Shown here: piece by piece, positions 1-8,653 of the stretch
Layout: the number at the start of each line of letters is the position of its first letter
Numbering within the stretch: the stretch's first letter is position 1
Assembly: GCA_965207375.1 (NCBI GenBank)
Contig: OZ242274.1
Coordinates: 384,001-448,000, forward strand
Source: Nitrosopumilaceae archaeon
GTDB lineage: Archaea; Thermoproteota; Nitrososphaeria; Nitrososphaerales; Nitrosopumilaceae
Direction: 5' to 3'
DNA length: 64,000 nt
The notes under the pieces: model-generated
Seen by the model: only the letters and a program-made list of their open reading frames with translations
The model's database searches: none
What the model was told of the DNA's origin: nothing
Made by a program: the position numbers and the translations under genes

Positions 1-738
1 AACCAGATTATGAAGGTGGCAAACTCTGCAGATACCATACAAGATGTAAAAATATCCACAGTAAAGGAGGCAAAAAAAATGGCAGAAGACGACATTGAAA
101 TTAACAAGTCAATTGGCAAACACGGAGCAGAACTGTTTGAAAACAATGATACCATAATGACTCACTGCAATGCAGGAGCATTGGCAACTGTGGCATATGG
201 CACAGCGCTTGGAGTGATAAGAGCTACGCGCGAGAGTGGAAAAAATGTCAAGGTAATTGCAACTGAGACAAGACCTGTCCAGCAGGGTTCAAGATTAACA
301 GCATTTGAATTAAAACAGGATGGTTTTGACACAAGTCTCATTCCTGATACTGCGGTGGGCTATTCTATGGCCAACGGCTTGGTTAATCGAGTTGTGGTTG
401 GTGCTGACAGGGTTCTACGAACCGGACACGTATTTAACAAAATTGGAACATATCAGGTGGCCACCATGGCAAAACAGCACGACATTCCGTTTTATGTTGC
501 AGCACCCTTGTCCACATTTGACATGTCAAGTAATCCTCAAGATGTAGTTATCGAGATGCGCAAAGGCTCAGAGGTTACCCAAATAGGTGATAAAAAAACT
601 GCCCCCGACGACATAACAGTAATCAACCCGGCATTTGATATGACTCCTCCAGAGCTAATTGCAGGAATAATCACAGAAAAAGGCGTGGCCACAGCGCCTT
701 TTGAGGAAAATATCAAAAAGTTATTCAAAGCTAATTAA
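1..738 (+). CDS. mtnA: S-methyl-5-thioribose-1-phosphate isomerase / eIF-2B alpha-like family (5' partial)
   Basis: THCNAGALAT, ETRPVQQGSRLT, GADRV, NKIGTY and NPAFDMTP motifs; frame is open to the window start. Confidence 0.8.
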   Translation, partial: NQIMKVANSADTIQDVKISTVKEAKKMAEDDIEINKSIGKHGAELFENNDTIMTHCNAGALATVAYGTALGVIRATRESGKNVKVIATETRPVQQGSRLTAFELKQDGFDTSLIPDTAVGYSMANGLVNRVVVGADRVLRTGHVFNKIGTYQVATMAKQHDIPFYVAAPLSTFDMSSNPQDVVIEMRKGSEVTQIGDKKTAPDDITVINPAFDMTPPELIAGIITEKGVATAPFEENIKKLFKAN

Positions 739-763
739 TAAAAAGTTTTTATTGTTTTTATAA

Positions 764-1417
764 TTGCCCTACAACGTGAGCACAGTAACTCCAGAGGCAA
801 TCCAATCTTCTTTAGAACAATGCATGGATCCAGAGGTTCCATTAAACATTGTAGAGATGGGTCTGATTTATGGGATTGACGTCAATACAGCAAATGACGT
901 CAATATCAAGATGACGATGACGACTCAAGGGTGTCCATTACATGAAACTTTGGTAAAAGATGTGACCAGATATGCAAAAAAGGTTCCAGGCGTAAATTCT
1001 GTAAACGTAGAGATTGTCTGGGATCCTCCTTGGGACATGGAAAAAATGTCTGCAGGTGCTAAAGAAAAGATTAAAAATTTGAGTGCAGACATGAATATAA
1101 CACCTGCACCAATCAACTATGATACTGCAATGCCTCAAGGTGTTGGAAAGCTTGTACAACAACAAGATGGTTCGATGGTTTTAGCTAATGAACACGAACA
1201 GGGATTCATGGTAAATCAAGCCATCATTGATTTTTGGAAATCTTGCAACGGCCAACGCAAAATTACGGATTTGGTAAATATTTTTGCTCAACAAACAGGC
1301 CTACAGCGCAATCAGGTTGAAAGAGAGGTGACGCAGCTTGTTCAACAACTGCGCGAAGGCGGACTGTTAGTAATCCCACAAAAATCAGATGAACCAAATG
1401 TAGATTTTAAGAAATAA
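764..1417 (+). CDS. DUF59/SufT-like Fe-S assembly domain fused to a PqqD-like C-terminal domain
   Basis: DPEVPLNIVEMGLIY...MTMTTQGCP...WDPPW; C-terminal 'FWKSCNGQRKITDLV...LVQQLREGGLL' resembles PqqD. Confidence 0.75.
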   Translation: MPYNVSTVTPEAIQSSLEQCMDPEVPLNIVEMGLIYGIDVNTANDVNIKMTMTTQGCPLHETLVKDVTRYAKKVPGVNSVNVEIVWDPPWDMEKMSAGAKEKIKNLSADMNITPAPINYDTAMPQGVGKLVQQQDGSMVLANEHEQGFMVNQAIIDFWKSCNGQRKITDLVNIFAQQTGLQRNQVEREVTQLVQQLREGGLLVIPQKSDEPNVDFKK

Positions 1418-1457
1418 AGCCGTTTATCTATCCAGATTTTACAAAATTTCTACAGCA

Positions 1458-2318
1458 TCAAGTTTTTTTGCGTTTTAAGATCTTTTCTGCTACACATACT
1501 GCCTGCCTAGTTTGTTCTACATTATGGGTGCGGATGATATCTGCACCGTTTAAAACACATATTGCTTCAGCAGTAACTGATCCAATCACTCGATCGTGTG
1601 GATTTTTGATGTCCAATAGTTTCCCAATAAATGATTTGTTTGAAACAGAAACCAAAAGAGGTTGGTTTTTTAGTTTTTGCAAATTTTGGATGATTTTTAG
1701 ATCTCGCCTGAACCAATCTGAATTAATTTTTGTAAAGAATTTACCGGTTCCAGATTTTCTAAAAAATCCAATGGCCGGATCAAGTATAATATTTTCAGAT
1801 TTTATGCCGGATTTTTTTGCCAATGCGACACTTTGCTTTAGTAGACGTCTAGTTGCAGGTATAGGTTCTCCGCATACAACAGATTTGCTAAATGCGCAAA
1901 GAATTACAGATGGTTGAAATACAGATATGACATTTGTCATTTTTGAGTCATATTTGAGGCCAGAAATATCATTTAAAATGTCAACGCCTAACTCTAATGC
2001 ACATTTTGCCACACCAGCCCTACAGGTATCAACGGAAATTGGAAGGTTTGATACATTTTGAATGACTTTGATGGCAGAGACTATTCGTTCTGATTCGACT
2101 CTTTCAGATACGATAGTTTTAAGATATGGTGCAGTTGACATTGCTCCAACATCAACAATGTCAGCACCTTGCTGTTCCATTTGAAGTACTGCATTTTTGA
2201 TGTTTTGCTTGTCATGTTTGATAGAGTTTTTAAAAAAAGATTCCGGACTTGTGTTTAAAATTCCCATGATTCTTACAGGATTCAAACCCCCTACACGTAC
2301 AGAACCAAGCTTGTTCAC
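1458..2318 (-). CDS. folP: dihydropteroate synthase
   Basis: MGILNTSPESF, DIVDVGAMST, ISVDT, LNDISG, SNKSF, IIRTHNV; start moved to GTG 2318 to avoid overlap with the divergent gene. Confidence 0.9.
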   Translation of the reverse strand: MNKLGSVRVGGLNPVRIMGILNTSPESFFKNSIKHDKQNIKNAVLQMEQQGADIVDVGAMSTAPYLKTIVSERVESERIVSAIKVIQNVSNLPISVDTCRAGVAKCALELGVDILNDISGLKYDSKMTNVISVFQPSVILCAFSKSVVCGEPIPATRRLLKQSVALAKKSGIKSENIILDPAIGFFRKSGTGKFFTKINSDWFRRDLKIIQNLQKLKNQPLLVSVSNKSFIGKLLDIKNPHDRVIGSVTAEAICVLNGADIIRTHNVEQTRQAVCVAEKILKRKKT

Positions 2319-2343
2319 ATGATTTATGATATACTGATATAAT

Positions 2344-3081
2344 TTGAGTGATATGGCGATTCGAGGCTGGCAACAAAAGTACAAAAAAATACTCAAGAAA
2401 TTTAGATATTTGCAGAGGCGCGATGAGGAATCTGCGCGCCTGCTTGATTCTGTTTTAAGAGACAGCATAAAACCTAGTCATCTAGAGCGACTAATTTTAA
2501 AAAAACCGGTTTTTGTGGTTGGTGCGGGCCCGTCAGTTACAAAATCACTTGCGGTTTTAAAAAAATACAAAAACATAACAAAGATTGCCGCAGACAGCGC
2601 AGTTGTATTTTTGCTAGAAAATAAAATCTATCCAGAGATTGTCGTAACCGATCTAGACGGAGACGAAAAATCCCTGCTAAAGGCTGCAAAAAAAAGCATC
2701 ATGGTAGCACATGCACACGGGGACAATATGGAAAAAATCCACATGGTGAAAAATTTTCCAAAATGCATAGGCACTACACAGTCAAAGCCTGTAGGCAAGA
2801 TCCAAAATTTCGGCGGATTTACAGACGGAGACAGGGCGATATTTTTAGCAAGTCACTTTGGCGCCAAAAAAATAATTTTGCTGGGAATGGATTTTGGACA
2901 AAGGATAGGAAGATATTCTCAAACCAAAAGAGCAGACCGCCTGCTTAAACTAAAAAAGCTCAAAGAGGCCCAAGATCTTACCTCGTGGCTAGCAGAGACT
3001 AATTCAGAGATAGTTTCTACATCTGCAATCAAGGGAGTTGGCAAAATCAGATATGACAATATAGATGACATAATAACCTAG
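2344..3081 (+). CDS. mptE: 6-hydroxymethyl-7,8-dihydropterin pyrophosphokinase (DUF115)
   Basis: VVGAGPS, IAADSA, VVTDLDG, HAHGDN, NFGGFTDGDRA, LGMDF; divergent from folP. Confidence 0.85.
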   Translation: MSDMAIRGWQQKYKKILKKFRYLQRRDEESARLLDSVLRDSIKPSHLERLILKKPVFVVGAGPSVTKSLAVLKKYKNITKIAADSAVVFLLENKIYPEIVVTDLDGDEKSLLKAAKKSIMVAHAHGDNMEKIHMVKNFPKCIGTTQSKPVGKIQNFGGFTDGDRAIFLASHFGAKKIILLGMDFGQRIGRYSQTKRADRLLKLKKLKEAQDLTSWLAETNSEIVSTSAIKGVGKIRYDNIDDIIT

Positions 3082-3120
3082 AATGCGTTTTAATACTCTA
3101 GCTACATTTGAAAATACTGT

Positions 3121-3675
3121 ATGAATTTCTCAGACGAGCAAATAAAGGATATGATTGAAATCAAAGAGCGCACATTACAAAAAATTGAAAAATATCAAAA
3201 AGAGATTAAGACATTGGAAAAACAGGTAGAAATTTTAGATTCCATAGTTAAACAGTCTAGTTTTACAAAGGCCTCATCACTGCAAAATGAACAAAAATCA
3301 GAATCAGACAGGGACCATACAGGGGAACCCATTCCAATTACTAGAGGAGATCAGGGCCCAGTTATTGCCAATGCCTATATCACGCCTGAACAGGTATCTA
3401 TCATACTTGACGAAACAGTTTCTATTGATGCAAATACGCCTCCGCTTCAGACATTTTTCCTAGACCGGATAATTGGCGAGATGAAGCAAAAAGACGGTAC
3501 AGAGATAGATAAGGGAACCATATCAGGCGAGTCAGTTATTGATTGTATCATAAACAAGAATGGTTCAAGCATTAAAGAGATAATTGTAAGAAATTACCGG
3601 CATAAAGAAAGGGCAGAACAGATCATAAGCACTGCCGGATGGTCACTTAACAGAATGCTTGATAACATAAAGTGA
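3121..3675 (+). CDS. hypothetical protein with N-terminal coiled coil
   Basis: 184-aa ORF, co-oriented with guaA and 4 bp upstream of it. Confidence 0.7.
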   Translation: MNFSDEQIKDMIEIKERTLQKIEKYQKEIKTLEKQVEILDSIVKQSSFTKASSLQNEQKSESDRDHTGEPIPITRGDQGPVIANAYITPEQVSIILDETVSIDANTPPLQTFFLDRIIGEMKQKDGTEIDKGTISGESVIDCIINKNGSSIKEIIVRNYRHKERAEQIISTAGWSLNRMLDNIK

Positions 3676-3679
3676 TACC

Positions 3680-5203
3680 ATGGATAAAATTGTTGTACTA
3701 GATTTTGGTTCGCAGTATAGTCATTTGATTTGCAGGAGAATCAGGGAATTTTCAGTTTATGCAGAGCTTGTTCCCTATAACATTTCGCTAAAAGAGCTAA
3801 ACGCAATGAATCCAAAGGGAGTCATATTTTCTGGAGGTCCATCTAGTGTATACAGCAAGGATGCTCCAATGCCTGAAAACAAAATTTTTGATATGAATTT
3901 GCCGCTGTTAGGAATTTGCTATGGTCATCAGCTAATTGTAAATAATTATGGTGGAAGAGTAAAGCGAGCAAACAGGGAATACGGCTCGTCTCTTCTAACA
4001 ATAGATGACGACTCTGATCTATTAGGAGGAGTTGGAGAATCTGTGAGGGCATGGATGAGTCACGGCGATGAGGCAGAACAAATTCCAGACGGTTTTGAAA
4101 TAATAGGACATACGGCAAGTGCAAAGGCTGCAGCCATTGCAAACCGAGACGCATCAATTTACGGAATACAGTTTCATCCAGAGGTAGTACACACAGAACA
4201 GGGAATTGAAATACTGCGCAATTTTGTGTTAAAGATCTGCAAGGCAGACCAGGATTGGACCATGAAGGGCTTTGTGGATAGCGCAGTTGAGAAAATATCA
4301 AAAATTGATGGAAATGTGCTGTGTGGTGTGAGCGGAGGCATAGATTCTACGGTTGCAGCACTGCTAATTCACAGAGCAATAGGGGACAGGCTCAAGTGTG
4401 TGTTTGTAGATAATGGACTGTTACGCCTAAACGAGGAGCAACAGGTACAAGACATGTTCAAAGATAGTTTTTCGGTAAATTTTACGGCAATAAATGCAAG
4501 GGAGCACTTTTTATCAAAGCTAAAAGGCATCACAGATCCCGAACACAAAAGAAAGATTATCGGAGAGGAGTTTGTTCAAATCTTTACGGATTTTGCAGAA
4601 AAAAACGGTCCGTTTAGGTGGCTTGCCCAAGGAACGCTGTATCCGGATGTAATTGAGAGCGGTGTATCCAAAGGACCTGCAGACGTAATAAAATCACATC
4701 ACAACGTGGGAGGACTTCCAGAATGGTTGAATTTGGAGGTTTTAGAACCGTTACGTGATCTGTACAAAGATGAAGTAAGACAAATTGCAAAAATCCTGCA
4801 AGTATCAGATAAGCTGCTTATGAGACATCCGTTTCCGGGTCCAGGACTAGCAGTCAGAATTATCGGCGAGGTAACTCTAGAAAAGTTGGAGACTTGCAAA
4901 ATTGCAAGTAAAATTGTAGAGGATGAATTACAAAGGGAGGGAGTTTATGACAAGATCTGGCAGGCATATGCTGCAGTAGGTGATGACAAGGCGGTAGGAA
5001 TTGTGGGAGATGAAAGGCGATACGGCAATATAGTAATGGTCAGAGTCGTTGATTCAATTGATGCCATGACTGCAGATTGGACTAGACTCTCACACCAAAT
5101 CCTAGAGCGAATCAGTAACAGAATTACAAATGAAATAGACGATGTCACATGGGTATCTTATGTGATATCAAGCAAGCCGCCTGCAACCATAGAGCCACAG
5201 TGA
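3680..5203 (+). CDS. guaA: GMP synthase (glutamine-hydrolysing)
   Basis: LDFGSQY, GICYG, QFHPEV, SGGIDS, QGTLYPDVIES, IKSHHNVGG, HPFPGPGL, KPPATIE. Confidence 0.98.
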   Translation: MDKIVVLDFGSQYSHLICRRIREFSVYAELVPYNISLKELNAMNPKGVIFSGGPSSVYSKDAPMPENKIFDMNLPLLGICYGHQLIVNNYGGRVKRANREYGSSLLTIDDDSDLLGGVGESVRAWMSHGDEAEQIPDGFEIIGHTASAKAAAIANRDASIYGIQFHPEVVHTEQGIEILRNFVLKICKADQDWTMKGFVDSAVEKISKIDGNVLCGVSGGIDSTVAALLIHRAIGDRLKCVFVDNGLLRLNEEQQVQDMFKDSFSVNFTAINAREHFLSKLKGITDPEHKRKIIGEEFVQIFTDFAEKNGPFRWLAQGTLYPDVIESGVSKGPADVIKSHHNVGGLPEWLNLEVLEPLRDLYKDEVRQIAKILQVSDKLLMRHPFPGPGLAVRIIGEVTLEKLETCKIASKIVEDELQREGVYDKIWQAYAAVGDDKAVGIVGDERRYGNIVMVRVVDSIDAMTADWTRLSHQILERISNRITNEIDDVTWVSYVISSKPPATIEPQ

Positions 5204-5206
5204 AAA

Positions 5207-5308
5207 ATGAGTTTTGGAACAGAGATAAAACATTGTGAAAAATGCGGACAGTTACTAGTCAGAGAAGATACACAGGCACAATGGATTTGTACTAGATGCA
5301 AAAGTTAG
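5207..5308 (+). CDS. 33-aa zinc-ribbon micro-protein (not in ORF track)
   Basis: MSFGTEIKHCEKCGQLLVREDTQAQWICTRCKS*; two CxxC pairs; ATG 3 bp after the guaA stop. Confidence 0.55.
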   Translation: MSFGTEIKHCEKCGQLLVREDTQAQWICTRCKS

Positions 5309-5440
5309 GGTAACATATCAACTTTCCAAAATGTTACAGTCATTATACTTTGTGTATCATCACAAAGAATTTCCTTGATAACTATCCACTAGTATAGTAT
5401 CAGAGAATAGTAAAAGCACAATCTCATTCCACACTTCAAA

Positions 5441-5962
5441 TTACACAGAATTTGCAGAAATATTTTTTATTTCAGGATACAATTCTAGTGCACCTATTGC
5501 AATTGTCTGTCCATCCTCGGTAAGATAATATTTATCATCATGAATTGGCATAACATATTCTGCATCTATTAATCGTTGTACAGTACTATCTAGATTCATC
5601 ATAATAGCATATTGAGAGTCTACAGCTTTATTCAAAAATAAATAGACTAAGATCTCTTCTTCATTAGAGATAGTTGGATAATATACTGTTTTAATAATCA
5701 TTTTTTGGATATTTTCTGGAAAGGAAGATAATCCACTTTTTTCCTTCATTGTGATTAACTTGTAACTCTCTGATTCAAATACATCTACTTTATTATCTTT
5801 TAGATATTGTTGAATATTTTGAATGTGAAGAAGAATTTTTTGGACTGTTCTAAAATTCAAATCTGTTTTCTCGGCAAGTCTGTTTTGTGTAAAAGATTCA
5901 CCAGTTTTTAGAATTTCTAGAATTTTTTGGACTGCAGATGGGAAATCGGTACGTGTTTTCAT
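5441..5962 (-). CDS. putative double winged-helix DNA-binding protein
   Basis: HTH-like TQNRLAEKTDLNFRTVQKIL; C-terminal wing-like VQRLIDAEYV...YYLTEDG. Confidence 0.6.
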   Translation of the reverse strand: MKTRTDFPSAVQKILEILKTGESFTQNRLAEKTDLNFRTVQKILLHIQNIQQYLKDNKVDVFESESYKLITMKEKSGLSSFPENIQKMIIKTVYYPTISNEEEILVYLFLNKAVDSQYAIMMNLDSTVQRLIDAEYVMPIHDDKYYLTEDGQTIAIGALELYPEIKNISANSV

Positions 5963-5998
5963 ACTGTATCTATATATGTATATTTATATAATACTTAC

Positions 5999-6012
5999 TG
6001 TATAATTATACA
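5999..6012. promoter_or_regulatory. perfect 14-bp palindrome TGTATAATTATACA in a 57-bp divergent intergenic region
   Basis: Read directly; lies between the two divergent start codons (5962 and 6020). Confidence 0.4.
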
Positions 6013-6019
6013 ATAGTTT

Positions 6020-6343
6020 ATGCCGTTAGAAAATTATGAGATCTCAATTTTGTTAAAAATGTATGATGAGAAAATTATAGGAAAAAGTGGCTACAAGGCA
6101 ATTCAACAGGTACGTAGCAAAATAAATTGGAATGGAATTACTGTAGCATATAATGTTAAAAAAAGTTTTGAGGCAGTTGCTCGTAAATTAGTAAAGAGAA
6201 TGTTACTTTCAGATGACGGAAAAAGTATGAAAGTGTTGTATCTAGATAAGCTGGGTACATCATTTGTTATAGGATATACAAAACAAAATCCAAATGCAAT
6301 GTCAGAACTTGAAGATAAAATTAAGAATTTACAAAAAAAGTAA
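6020..6343 (+). CDS. hypothetical protein, possibly winged-helix
   Basis: 107-aa ORF; EISILLKMYD...VARKLVKRMLL...LYLDKLG pattern. Confidence 0.55.
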   Translation: MPLENYEISILLKMYDEKIIGKSGYKAIQQVRSKINWNGITVAYNVKKSFEAVARKLVKRMLLSDDGKSMKVLYLDKLGTSFVIGYTKQNPNAMSELEDKIKNLQKK

Positions 6344-6568
6344 AAGGTCAGGTGCTCTAAAAATTACTTCACTAGATCTATATACCAGACCTTATGCACA
6401 ATCGACATTTTAGAAATTTTTTGACAACATATGAGTAGAAATAATGCAAAGTATACAGTAATTCCCGTAATTGATGTCAAGTTTGTAATGAAATAAGAAT
6501 AAACAATATGACTTTACAGACATACGTGTGCACTCGTACAGTGCTGTAATGCACCCTGTGTTGTGTTA

Positions 6569-7759
6569 TTAGTAATCAAGTGACGGCCGCTTTTTCTTGT
6601 GATCCCATAGTAAAGCAAAGTTTGCAAGACCCGTACACACCATAAACTCTTCTTCAAATTCTTCAATTGTTCCGTTATACGTCCCTGTCATTCTAGCCCA
6701 TTGTTTTATGCGTCCTATGGCGTGTTCTACCTTTATCCTCTTACTGCTGATTTTTTTATTTCTCTTTTTTTGTTGTGGGGTAAGCTCACCTTTTGGAGGT
6801 TTTTTTGTAGGCATCTCCAAGTTAATTCCTGGATAACGTTTTTCCAATCCCTGGTATCCCTTGTCTGCAAGAACCTGGAGTCTGTCTTTTTTGAGAGTGT
6901 TTTCTTTAAACATTCCACGTGACCATCTGCCTAGATCTATGGGATCGTCTGTTATCATCTTCAAATCATGTGTTCCACCCTCAAATGTTTTTCCTGCTTG
7001 TATTATCAAACCATCCTTGTTGGTAATCACGGTAGTATTGTTTGTAAATCGCTTCTTTTTGCCAGAGTATGTGTTTTTTCTTGCATCGCTGTCCTGTGGA
7101 CGTTGCCTTGCTACCTCTGTACCATCAGGTATTATGGTATTATCTGGGATCAGTTTTTTGAGTTCTTTTTTGGTTGTTGTCTTTTTTATCATTTCTTGGA
7201 TTTTGTCTGCAGTTGGAAGTATTTGGTTTAGGATTACATTTGCAAATCTCAAATATCGGGATATGGTGGCCTGATCTATTCCAAACAGTACGCTTAGGGC
7301 ATCCTGTGTCAGATTTGTCCGCTTGTGAAATAGTGCTAGCAACATTGCAGACCTGCGATCCAAAAGACATCGATTTCCAGGATCGGGAATTTCATCTTCT
7401 GCAAACAGTGGTGCGTTTTTATCCTTTTTTGATTTTATGACAAATTTATTGTAATTGTAATTGAATTTAGCCAAGTCATATGATGTCAATTTGTTAAGCT
7501 GTTCTGTATCGTGTGTGATTTCATGGATTATCTCTCTCCTGTGTAGTAACGATGCGTCAGTATCATGCCTGTCTGTACTCGTTACCTGCCATAGAGTGTC
7601 TTCTGTAACTATATGGTTTTGCATCGAGTCTACCGTCTTTTTATATTTGCTGATGGTTTTGTTATTTTGTTTCATGGTTTTTTTGTTTTGTTTAATGGTT
7701 TTGTTTTTTTGTTTGAGTTCTTTTTGCAGCCTACGTATTGTTTGCTGAGATGATTCCAT
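6569..7759 (-). CDS. IS5-family transposase
   Basis: LFGIDQATISRY HTH, PDGTE, YSGKKKRFT, GGTHD, LADKGYQG, RIKVEHAIGRIKQW. Confidence 0.92.
   Translation of the reverse strand: MESSQQTIRRLQKELKQKNKTIKQNKKTMKQNNKTISKYKKTVDSMQNHIVTEDTLWQVTSTDRHDTDASLLHRREIIHEITHDTEQLNKLTSYDLAKFNYNYNKFVIKSKKDKNAPLFAEDEIPDPGNRCLLDRRSAMLLALFHKRTNLTQDALSVLFGIDQATISRYLRFANVILNQILPTADKIQEMIKKTTTKKELKKLIPDNTIIPDGTEVARQRPQDSDARKNTYSGKKKRFTNNTTVITNKDGLIIQAGKTFEGGTHDLKMITDDPIDLGRWSRGMFKENTLKKDRLQVLADKGYQGLEKRYPGINLEMPTKKPPKGELTPQQKKRNKKISSKRIKVEHAIGRIKQWARMTGTYNGTIEEFEEEFMVCTGLANFALLWDHKKKRPSLDY
7653..7715. repeat. 3 x 21-bp imperfect tandem repeat encoding heptads in the transposase N-terminus
   Basis: atggttttgttattttgtttc / atggtttttttgttttgttta / atggttttgtttttttgtttg, encoding KQKNKTI-KQNKKTM-KQNNKTI. 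Confidence 0.7.
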
Positions 7760-8076
7760 TGTCCGAAACGCAGATCAGGCCGGATCTAAATCTTTGGGAA
7801 AAGTTTTACCAACTAAATTGTATAAATTACCATACATCTGCTTTAATTGTGCCTAGATACTGTCAAAAAATTTCCAAAGTGTTGATTGTGCATAAGGTCT
7901 ACCTTTAGAAATGAGATTCGTCTACAAATTGAGAATTCTTTTTGATCTTCATAATTTCTTATCAACTTTGTAAATGCAATATCACTCTTCTATAAAGATT
8001 CATGAAAATTATTTTTATTCAAAATGATTGTGGATCATGAAGTTTATTTTTGAACATTTTGTTATGTATTAAATCT

Positions 8077-8150
8077 AGATCTCATGTACGATTTAAAATA
8101 AAATTTTTGCACTCAAGTATTTTTAAAAATTCGATTGTGCTTCAAGGTAC
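8077..8150. mobile_element. degenerate MITE related to the 23007-23104 MITE and the IS5 TIR
   Basis: Ends agatctcatgtacgat and tcgattgtgcttcaaggt resemble the TIR; interior aaataaaatttttg is shared with the 23 kb MITE. Confidence 0.45.
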
Positions 8151-8208
8151 GCGTTGAAATAGCTGACATAAATGCACAAGGCCTGCAAGTCAATATGATA
8201 TTATCATT

Positions 8209-8460
8209 TTAGTTTAGTATTAACAAACTATTCAAGATAATGTCTGGATGTTTGCATTTGATATAGTGACGGAATTTTGCATCTTGTGCATCAAATTTAT
8301 CGGGGAATGCAATTATATCCTTCCAGTCATCTGATCTGTCAATTAGTTTGTCTTCGGGTATTTTATCTGCTTGAATCTTTGCATCTACGTATTCTATTAC
8401 ACTAAATGTAAGAATCGTTGCAACAATTAATGAAGTAATCAATGTTGTTTTTACTTTCAT
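8209..8460 (-). CDS. small exported hypothetical protein (possibly truncated)
   Basis: MKVKTTLITSLIVATILTFSVIEYVDA signal-peptide-like start at ATG 8460. Confidence 0.4.
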   Translation of the reverse strand: MKVKTTLITSLIVATILTFSVIEYVDAKIQADKIPEDKLIDRSDDWKDIIAFPDKFDAQDAKFRHYIKCKHPDIILNSLLILN

Positions 8461-8653
8461 GTCCTTGCATACCCTACAACTCTTTGTTATATTAAAATTG
8501 ATATTGATTTGCGGTATGCCTTGTTTTATTATAAAGATATAGTAATCACAACAGATAATCACTCATTTGGTATTTTTTCTAGAAAAAGTTTGAGAGATTT
8601 GGCATCTGTAGAATCTATCTTGAAAATTTTTCATACGGGTGCCAACATTTGTT

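Larger units (their letters stand above)
6387..7900 (-). mobile_element. IS5-family (DDE_Tnp_4/ISL2-like) insertion sequence, apparently intact
   Basis: 40-bp TIRs at 6387-6426 and 7861-7900 (3 mismatches, AGACCTTATGCACAATC...); 3-bp target duplication ACC at 6384-6386 and 7901-7903. Confidence 0.92.
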
